64,000 bases of DNA, from positions 1-64,000 of the forward strand of contig PSLI01000001.1 in the NCBI GenBank assembly GCA_040289515.1. The letters are read 5' to 3'. This DNA is from Candidatus Sysuimicrobiota bacterium. Lineage in GTDB: Bacteria > Sysuimicrobiota > Sysuimicrobiia > Sysuimicrobiales > Sysuimicrobiaceae. The translations under genes and the position numbers were made by a program. Position 1 is the first letter of the stretch. The number at the start of each line of letters is the position of its first letter. The notes beneath the pieces were generated by a model that saw only the letters and a list, made by a program, of their open reading frames with translations, had not been told where the DNA came from and did not search any database. Shown in pieces: positions 57,107 through 64,000 of this stretch.

Positions 57107-57508
57107 TCACGCGCCCGCCAGGGGGAAGCCCAGCACGCGGTCGGCCCGGAGCCCCAGCTCCAGCAGGAGCTGCAGGGCTTGCGGGCGGCACTCCTCCGGC
57201 ACCACCAGGTGGAACTCCCCACCGCAGGCGTCCGCGTACGCGCGAAACAGCCGCCACTGCTGCGCGGTCTCCTCCAGGTGCAGGGTGTCGCACGTCTCCA
57301 CCTCCACCACCACCAGGCGGTTGGCGGGATCACGGCAGGTGAGATCGGGCCGGGAGGGCGAAAACCCTGCCAGGTGGAGGGAGCGGGGCGGCCGCTGCCC
57401 GGGCAGGTCCGCGAAGATGCGCTGGAATCCGGAAGCTGCGTACGCGCCGCAGGCGGCCCGGACTAGCCGCACGTGCCACTGAAAGGACGCCAGCTTGCGG
57501 TGCGCCAC
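57107..57508 (-). CDS. Small hypothetical protein with PD-(D/E)xK-like pattern
   Basis: Fills the gap between trpB2 and the regulator. Coding-like codon use. RPDL...VVVEVET...QQWRLF. Confidence 0.65.
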   Translation of the reverse strand: MAHRKLASFQWHVRLVRAACGAYAASGFQRIFADLPGQRPPRSLHLAGFSPSRPDLTCRDPANRLVVVEVETCDTLHLEETAQQWRLFRAYADACGGEFHLVVPEECRPQALQLLLELGLRADRVLGFPLAGA

Positions 57509-57582
57509 GGCCCCAGCTTGCCACGGCAGCGCCTACGGGCCAAGGTGCCCCCGCCGTGCTATGGTTTCCTCAAGAGGGAGTC

Positions 57583-58275
57583 GTGTCCACCCACGACATC
57601 GCCAAGACCGAGCGGACGGAGATGTACCTCAAGGCGGTGTTTGCCTTGCAGCACACCGCTCCCCCGGCCACCGTGTCGAAGGTGGCGGACTTTATGGGCG
57701 TTTCGGTGCCCTCCGCCTCAGAGATGCTGAAGCGGCTGGAGCAGCAGGGGTACGTCCAGGGCACCGGGGAGGGCGTGGGCCTGACGCCTGCAGGGTGGGA
57801 GGTGGCGGTGCGGGTGGTGCGCAGGCTGAGGCTGGCCGAGCGCCTGCTCACCGACGTCCTGGGATTGGATCTGGAGCGGGTGTACGAGGAGGCGTGCAAG
57901 CTGGAGCACGTCATCAGCCCGGAGGTGGAAGCCAGGTTGGAGCACGTGCTGGGCTCGCCCGCTCGTTGCCCCCACGGCCTGCCCATTCCGGGTCCGGATG
58001 GCTCCGTGGACCCCGTGCCCGGTTGCACCCTCGCGGACCTAGCGGAGGGCGACGCAGGATACGTGTGGGCCATCCCCGAGGAAGATCCGCAACTGGTCGC
58101 CTACCTGCGTTCCCTGCACCTGGTGCCGAACACGCGTGTGCAGGTGTTGGAGGTGGCGCCCTTCAACGGGCCCATCTTCTTCGACGCAGGGGGGCTCCGA
58201 CACGCCATTGGACGGGAGGCGGCTAGCCGCGTTTGGGTGCAGCGGGAGATAGGTAACTCTGTACAGGATCGTTAG
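57583..58275 (+). CDS. DtxR/IdeR/MntR family metal-dependent repressor with FeoA-like domain
   Basis: EMYLKAV, VSVPSASEMLKRL, RLAERLL, EACKLEH, CPHG.PIP, C-terminal SH3/FeoA. Confidence 0.93.
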   Translation: MSTHDIAKTERTEMYLKAVFALQHTAPPATVSKVADFMGVSVPSASEMLKRLEQQGYVQGTGEGVGLTPAGWEVAVRVVRRLRLAERLLTDVLGLDLERVYEEACKLEHVISPEVEARLEHVLGSPARCPHGLPIPGPDGSVDPVPGCTLADLAEGDAGYVWAIPEEDPQLVAYLRSLHLVPNTRVQVLEVAPFNGPIFFDAGGLRHAIGREAASRVWVQREIGNSVQDR

Positions 58276-58277
58276 GG

Positions 58278-58310
58278 TTGACAAGCCAGTCTGGTTAGAC
58301 TAGCCTAAAA
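58278..58310 (+). promoter_or_regulatory. Sigma70 promoter overlapped by a DtxR-type operator
   Basis: TTGACA(58278)-17-TAGCCT(58301). Near-palindrome TTAGACTAGCCTAA at 58295-58308. Confidence 0.8.
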
Positions 58311-58358
58311 GTCACAAATCCTGAGTTCTTCGATTCACACAAAGGAGGTGTTGGCGGC

Positions 58359-59396
58359 GTGCGATCCCGCCTGTTGTCTACTCTAGCGGTCCTGGTGGTT
58401 TTCGTGGTACTGCCCAGGTCGGGCGCCTTCGGCCAAGCTAGAGAGCTTAACCTGTACAACGGACGCCACTACGACACCGACGAGGCCATCTACCGGGAGT
58501 TCACCCGCAGGACCGGGGTACGGGTGAACCTGATCCAGGGGGACGCGGACCAGCTCATCGAGCGCATCCGGGCGGAGGGGGCCACGAGCCCCGCGGACGT
58601 GCTGATCACCGTAGACGCCGGGCGCCTGTACCGGGCCCAGCAGCTGGGGTTGTGTCAGCGGGTGGACTCGCCGGTGCTGCACACCCGGATCCCCGCGCAC
58701 CTGCGGGACCCGCAGGGCCACTGGTTCGGGTTCACGAAGCGCTATCGGGTCATCGCGTACGCCCGGGCGCGCGTGCCGCGATCGATGCTGTCCACGTACG
58801 AGGACCTGAGTTCCTCCCGCTGGAAGGGCAGGCTGCTGGTGCGCAGCTCCAGCCACGTGTACAACCAGTCCCTGGTGGGAGCCCTGCTGGCGTGGCACGG
58901 GGAGTCCTTCGTGGCTCGCTGGGCCCGGGGCGTGGTGGCCAACCTAGGGCGTCCCCCGCAGGGAGGCGACCTGGACCAGCTGCGCGCTGTGGCGGCAGGG
59001 GAGGGCGACGTGGCCCTGGTGAACCATTACTATTACCTGCGCCTGCTGAACTCGCCTCACCCCGTCGACCGCGCGGTGGCCCAGCAGGTGGGGTTGTTCT
59101 TCCCTAACCAGGAGCCCGAGGAACGGGGCGTGCACGTGAACCTGAGCGGTGCGTGCGTGACCAGCACCTCCCGCAACCGCCAGGCCGCGGTGGCCTTCCT
59201 GGAGTTCTTAAGCTCCGATTTCGCCCAGGAGGTGTTCGCCAGAGGCAACTTCGAGTTCCCGGCGGTCCGCGGCATTGCCAACCCCATGGCCGCAGTCGCA
59301 CCCGCCACGCTGCGGGAGGACACGCTGAACGCGGCTGTCTACGCCGCAAACGGTGGGAAGGCCCTGCAGCTGATGGTGGCAGCGGGCTGGAGGTGA
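58359..59396 (+). CDS. Fe(3+) ABC transporter substrate-binding protein (FutA/FbpA-like)
   Basis: YNGRHYDTD, SPADVLITVDAG, YNQSL, VNHYYY, HVNLSG. Confidence 0.92.
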   Translation: MRSRLLSTLAVLVVFVVLPRSGAFGQARELNLYNGRHYDTDEAIYREFTRRTGVRVNLIQGDADQLIERIRAEGATSPADVLITVDAGRLYRAQQLGLCQRVDSPVLHTRIPAHLRDPQGHWFGFTKRYRVIAYARARVPRSMLSTYEDLSSSRWKGRLLVRSSSHVYNQSLVGALLAWHGESFVARWARGVVANLGRPPQGGDLDQLRAVAAGEGDVALVNHYYYLRLLNSPHPVDRAVAQQVGLFFPNQEPEERGVHVNLSGACVTSTSRNRQAAVAFLEFLSSDFAQEVFARGNFEFPAVRGIANPMAAVAPATLREDTLNAAVYAANGGKALQLMVAAGWR

Positions 59397-59408
59397 GCTC
59401 CTATCCCC

Positions 59409-61142
59409 GTGACCGCACCGGGGGCGGGTAGGGGAGCCGGCTCGGGTGTCTGGTTTTCGGCTCGGCAGGGCCTGCTACCCGCCTGCGGTGCCGCGCTGGC
59501 CGTGGCGTTGTCCCTGCCCGTCCTCACAGTGGCGGCCACCGTCCTCAGCCCCGCGCACGGAGAGTGGGTGGAGTTTGTGCGGTTGGTGCTCCCCCGCTAC
59601 GTGCAGAACACCGTGTGGCTGCTGGGAGGGGTTGGCGTGGGGACCCTGGTGGTGGGGGTCACCGCCGCGTGGGTGGTGACCGCCTACCGGTTCCCCGGCC
59701 GGCGGCTGGCCCAGGTCGTTTTGCTGCTGCCCCTGGCGGTACCCGCGTACCTCGTGGCGTACGCGTACGCGGACCTGCTGCAGTACTCGGGGCCGGTGCA
59801 GTCCGCCCTGCGGGCGTGGCTGGGGTTGGCCCGAGGCTACCCGTTCCCGGAGATTCGCTCCCTGGGCGGGGCGGTGTTCGTGCTCACCTTTGTCCTGTAC
59901 CCCTACGTGTATCTTCTGACGCGGGCCGCGCTCTTGGAGCAGTCGCCCCTCACGTGGGAGGTAAGCCGGACCCTCGGGTATGGGGCGTGGGGGACGTTCT
60001 TGCGGGTGGCCCTGCCCGTGGCCCGACCGGGAATCGCGGCCGGGCTCGGCCTCGTGGGGATGGAGGTGCTGGCGGACTTCGGCACGGTAAAGTACTTCGA
60101 GCTGGACACCTTCGCTACCGGGGTGTACCTGGTGTGGTTCAGCTACGGGTCCGTGGCGGGAGCTGCCCGGCTGGCAGCTTGGCTGGTGGGGTTCGTGCTG
60201 GCCGTGGTGGCGGTGGAGCGCCTGTCGCGGGGCCGCCGCAGGTACCACAGGCCTCCAGGCCCGCTCCGCGAGGCGCGCCCCATGCACCTTTCCGGCGTGC
60301 AGGCAGCGGTGGCGCTGGTCGCCTGCCTTCTGCCGCCCGCGGTGGGCTTTGGGATCCCGGGGACCTACCTCGCGTGGATGGCATGGGTGGGGGGGGACCC
60401 CCTGTGGAGTAGGGCTTTCCTGGAGCTGGCGGGCAACACCTTCGCTCTGGCCGCCGCCACCGCGGCCGTGGCAGTGCTCCTGGCGGCGGTGCTGGCGTAC
60501 GGCGTACGCCTTGCCCCCAGCCCCGTGATGCATCTGGCCGCTCGGGTGGTCTCCCTGGGTTACGCGGTGCCAGGTGTGGTGGTGGCCGTTGGGATCCTGG
60601 TGCCCTTCGGCTGGCTCGCAAATCTGCTGGACCCGTACCTGCGGCGTTTGGGCCTTTCGGGCGCGGCCCTCACCGGCTCCACCTTCACCCTGGTCTACGC
60701 CTACCTGGTCCGGTTCCTCGCCGCAGCCCTGAGCACCGTGGAGGCGGGCCTGAGCCGCATCGGCCCCACCCTGGAGGGTGCCGCCAGGACCCTGGGCCAC
60801 GGGCCCTCAAGCGTCCTGGTGCGGGTTCACGCCCCCCTCATGCGGGGGAGCGTGTTCACGGCAGCCCTGTTGGTGTTCGTGGACGCCCTCAAGGAGCTGC
60901 CGGCCACCCTGGTCCTCAGACCCCTCAACTTCGACACCCTGGCGGTTCGGGTGTACCAGCTGGCCAGTGACGAGCGCTTGATGCAGGCGTCCACCGCGGG
61001 GCTGTGCATCGTAGCCGTGGGGCTGTTGCCGGTTCTGCTGCTGGACCGGGCGGTGCACCGCTCCCGGGTTGAAGCCCCCGTCGAGATTTCGGGCGCCCAT
61101 CGGGCGGAGGTCCGATTGACCCCACCTGTGCGCTTCGCCTAG
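59409..61142 (+). CDS. Fe(3+) ABC transporter permease (FbpB-like)
   Basis: Duplicated permease, YPYVYL, DFGTV, KELPATL.LRP.NFDTLA. Confidence 0.92.
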   Translation: MTAPGAGRGAGSGVWFSARQGLLPACGAALAVALSLPVLTVAATVLSPAHGEWVEFVRLVLPRYVQNTVWLLGGVGVGTLVVGVTAAWVVTAYRFPGRRLAQVVLLLPLAVPAYLVAYAYADLLQYSGPVQSALRAWLGLARGYPFPEIRSLGGAVFVLTFVLYPYVYLLTRAALLEQSPLTWEVSRTLGYGAWGTFLRVALPVARPGIAAGLGLVGMEVLADFGTVKYFELDTFATGVYLVWFSYGSVAGAARLAAWLVGFVLAVVAVERLSRGRRRYHRPPGPLREARPMHLSGVQAAVALVACLLPPAVGFGIPGTYLAWMAWVGGDPLWSRAFLELAGNTFALAAATAAVAVLLAAVLAYGVRLAPSPVMHLAARVVSLGYAVPGVVVAVGILVPFGWLANLLDPYLRRLGLSGAALTGSTFTLVYAYLVRFLAAALSTVEAGLSRIGPTLEGAARTLGHGPSSVLVRVHAPLMRGSVFTAALLVFVDALKELPATLVLRPLNFDTLAVRVYQLASDERLMQASTAGLCIVAVGLLPVLLLDRAVHRSRVEAPVEISGAHRAEVRLTPPVRFA

Positions 61143-61151
61143 CCTAACCCG

Positions 61152-62246
61152 ATGGAGGATCCCGTGGTGGTGCGGGCAGCACAGACAGAACGGGCTAGCG
61201 AGCCCCGGGTACGCCTGCTGGGGGTGTCGAAGCACTTCGGGAGCGTGCAGGCCCTCCGGCAGCTGACGCTGTCCGTGTACCCGGGGGAGATCCTGGTTCT
61301 GCTGGGTCCCAGCGGCTGCGGGAAGACCACAGCCCTGAGAATCGTGGCGGGGCTAGAGCAGCCGGACGAGGGGTGGGTGGAGCTAGCGGGCCGGGTGGTG
61401 GCGGGCCCGCGGTGGGTACCCCCGGAGGCCCGGGGGGTGGGCATGGTGTTTCAGGAGCCCTCCCTGTTCCCGCACCTGACCGTGCTGGAAAACGTGGCCT
61501 TCGGGCTGCGCAACGCCTCCCGCGCGGAGAGGCTGCGAAGGGCTTCCGAGGTGCTGGAGCGGGTGGGCGCCGGGGACCTGGCAAGTCGGTTCCCCCACGA
61601 GCTGTCCGGGGGCGAGCAGCAGCGGGTGGCCCTGGCCAGGGCCCTGGCCCCCAGGCCCTCCGTGGTGCTTCTGGACGAGCCCCTCAGTAGCCTCGACCCG
61701 GAGTTGCGGCGCCGCATGCGGGAGGAGCTGCGACGGCTCCTTAAAACGGAGGGCAGTACCGCTATCCTGGTCACCCATGACCAGGAGGAGGCGTTCGCGG
61801 TGGCGGACCGCATCGGGGTGCTGAGCCGCGGGCGGCTGTGGCAGGTGGGGCCGCCGGAGGAAATTTACCACGCTCCTGCCTGCCGGTTCGTGGCGGACTT
61901 CGTGGGCGAGGCGGAGTTTTTACCTGGACAGGTACAGCGGCACGTGGCGCGCACCGAGCTGGGGGAGTTCCCCTGCAACGGCTTGCCGGACGGCACCCCC
62001 GTGGAGGTGATGGTGCGGCCCGCGGACTTGAGCCTGAAACCGAGTCCGGACGGGCCCGCGGTGGTGGTGGGGCGCCGGTTCCTGGGACCGGACACGGTGT
62101 ACGAGGTACGGTTGGCTTCGGGACGCGTGGTACGGTGTCGTTTCACCGGGGACGCAGGCCTCAGGCCGGGAACCCGGGTGCAGGTGTGGGCCACCTCACC
62201 CCGCACCGTGGTATTTCCCGCAGAGGATCCCAGCCCTCCTGCGTGA
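61152..62246 (+). CDS. Fe(3+) ABC transporter ATPase (FbpC-like)
   Basis: GPSGCGKT, LSGGEQQR, LLDEP, VTHD, TOBE domain. Confidence 0.93.
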   Translation: MEDPVVVRAAQTERASEPRVRLLGVSKHFGSVQALRQLTLSVYPGEILVLLGPSGCGKTTALRIVAGLEQPDEGWVELAGRVVAGPRWVPPEARGVGMVFQEPSLFPHLTVLENVAFGLRNASRAERLRRASEVLERVGAGDLASRFPHELSGGEQQRVALARALAPRPSVVLLDEPLSSLDPELRRRMREELRRLLKTEGSTAILVTHDQEEAFAVADRIGVLSRGRLWQVGPPEEIYHAPACRFVADFVGEAEFLPGQVQRHVARTELGEFPCNGLPDGTPVEVMVRPADLSLKPSPDGPAVVVGRRFLGPDTVYEVRLASGRVVRCRFTGDAGLRPGTRVQVWATSPRTVVFPAEDPSPPA

Positions 62247-62252
62247 TCGGCT

Positions 62253-63944
62253 TCAGGCCTCCTCGGTCACGAACACCACCCGCAGGATCTCCTCGATGGT
62301 GGTGATGCCCTCCAGCACCTTCCGGATTCCGTCCTCCCGCATGGTCCGGAAGCCCTCCTGTCGAGCCACCTCGCGGATCTCCGAGGCCGAGGCCCGCTGG
62401 ACCACCCGCTCCCGGATGCGATCGGTCACCCCCAACAGCTCGTACACCCCGGTGCGCCCCCTGTAGCCCGTCTGGCGGCAGGCATCGCAGCCCGCGCCCC
62501 GGTACAGCACCAGGTCCTGTTCGTCCGCCAGCTCCTCCGACAGCCTGCGGACCGCTTCGCGCGGTGGCCGGTACGCCTCCTTGCACTTGGGACAGATGGT
62601 GCGGCACAGTCGCTGGGCCAGCACCCCGATGACCGAGGAGGTGATGAGGAAGGGCTCGATGCCCATGTCCACCAGGCGCGTGAAGGCGCTGGGGGCGTCG
62701 TTGGTGTGCAGGGTGCTCAGCACCAGGTGACCCGTGAGAGCTGCCTGGACCGCGATCTCCGCGGTCTCCCGGTCCCGGATCTCCCCCACCATGATCACGT
62801 CGGGGTCCTGCCGGAGAATGGACCGCAGTCCGGTGGCGAAGGTGAGCCCCGCCTTGGGGTTCACCTGCACCTGGTTGATGCGGGGGAGCTGGTACTCCAC
62901 GGGGTCCTCCACCGTGATGATGTTCTTGTCCAGGGTGTTGATCTTGCTCAGGGTGGCGTACAGGGTGGTGGTCTTCCCGCTCCCCGTGGGGCCGGTCACC
63001 AGGATCATGCCGTAGGGCTTGCTGGATAGCTCCTCCCACCGCGCCTGCACGTCGCTGGCCATCCCTAGCCGGTTGAGGCGGATGAGGGCGTTGGACTGGT
63101 CCAGGATCCGCATCACGACCTTCTCCCCGAACAGGGTGGGGAGGGTGGACACCCGCAGGTCGATGTCCCGACCGTTCACCTTCAGGTGGATGCGGCCGTC
63201 CTGGGGCCGCCGCCGTTCCGCGATGTCCAGGTTGGCCACGATCTTAATGCGGGAGACCAGGGCCGCCTTGAGGTTCTTGGGCGGGGACATCACGTCGTGC
63301 AGCACCCCGTCGATCCGGTACCGGACGTGCAGGCCGTTCCGGTGGGGCTCGATGTGGATGTCGGAGGCCCCCTCCCGGATGGCTTGGTCCAGAATCACGT
63401 TGACCAGCTTCACCACAGGGGCCTCGTCCACCATCTCCCGGAGGCGGTCGATGCTGACCTCCTCCTCCGCTGCGGCCTCCTCCTCCGGGACCACCGCCTG
63501 CTCCAAGATCGACCCCACGTGGTAGTACCTGTTGATGGCCTGCATCAGCTCGTCTTCCGTTGTGATGCGGGCCTCCACGTCCATCCCGGTGACCAGGCGC
63601 ACGTCGTCCAGGGCCAGCAGGTTCAGGGGGTCCACCAGGGCCACCACCAGCCGATCCCCGTTGCGGGCGAAGGCCAGGACCTTGTGGCGGGCGGCGATGT
63701 GCTGGGGAACGAGCCGCACCACGTCCCGATCCACGGGGGTGCTGGACAGGCTCACGTACGGGCAACCCCACTGTACGCCGATGACCTTGGCCAGGTCCTC
63801 CTCGGTCAGGAGGCCCATGCGGACCAGGATGCGGCCCAGCCGCTCGCCCGTGCGGGCTTGCACCTCCAAAGCTTGCTGCAGCTGGAGCTCGTTCAGCAGC
63901 CCCATACGGACCAGGATGCCGCCCAACGCCTCCCGGCGGACCAA
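62253..63944 (-). CDS. pilB: Type IV pilus/T2SS assembly ATPase (PilB/GspE); true start may lie beyond the window
   Basis: MshEN-like RLGRILV, ASDIHIEP, GPTGSGKTTT, LRQDPD, TLHTN, CPKC/CDAC. Frame stays open to the window end. Confidence 0.93.
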   Translation of the reverse strand: MVRREALGGILVRMGLLNELQLQQALEVQARTGERLGRILVRMGLLTEEDLAKVIGVQWGCPYVSLSSTPVDRDVVRLVPQHIAARHKVLAFARNGDRLVVALVDPLNLLALDDVRLVTGMDVEARITTEDELMQAINRYYHVGSILEQAVVPEEEAAAEEEVSIDRLREMVDEAPVVKLVNVILDQAIREGASDIHIEPHRNGLHVRYRIDGVLHDVMSPPKNLKAALVSRIKIVANLDIAERRRPQDGRIHLKVNGRDIDLRVSTLPTLFGEKVVMRILDQSNALIRLNRLGMASDVQARWEELSSKPYGMILVTGPTGSGKTTTLYATLSKINTLDKNIITVEDPVEYQLPRINQVQVNPKAGLTFATGLRSILRQDPDVIMVGEIRDRETAEIAVQAALTGHLVLSTLHTNDAPSAFTRLVDMGIEPFLITSSVIGVLAQRLCRTICPKCKEAYRPPREAVRRLSEELADEQDLVLYRGAGCDACRQTGYRGRTGVYELLGVTDRIRERVVQRASASEIREVARQEGFRTMREDGIRKVLEGITTIEEILRVVFVTEEA

Positions 63945-64000
63945 ACCGGGGCCCGCCGGCCGGGCCGCAGCCTTGGGACCGGACGGGGGCGCGGGGGGAC

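Overview
A gene-dense, very GC-rich (about 70% by eye) bacterial core-chromosome segment with about 58 CDSs, 3 tRNAs (Gln-TTG, Tyr-GTA, Gly-TCC), a SAM-I riboswitch and a T-box leader. No CRISPR array, integrase, transposase or prophage was seen. It mixes Bacillota-like features (yabE-ksgA-ispE-purR...ridA order, PRT-type PurR, T-box) with diderm features (TolC/RND efflux), which suggests a Terrabacteria lineage such as Armatimonadota (inference only). Best leads: (1) a SAM-I-riboswitch-controlled thrB plus second threonine-synthase-like gene, separate from the canonical thrC-hom-lysC cluster, which suggests homocysteine/methionine synthesis via O-phosphohomoserine; (2) a DUF62/chlorinase-family SAM-cleaving enzyme whose catalytic His is replaced by Trp (TFWGRD), 4 nt behind an NCS2 purine permease with PurBox-like sites; (3) an adenine-deaminase homologue with altered active-site motifs; (4) a Pro-specifier T-box heading proC-pheA-thrC-hom-lysC; (5) an efflux cluster inserted between purR and ridA that ends in a collapsed ybhG/F/R-type ABC operon relic; (6) a tRNA-Tyr with G37; (7) a family-4 UDG carrying an unrecognised C-terminal domain. 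All family calls come from reading motifs by eye; no searches were run.
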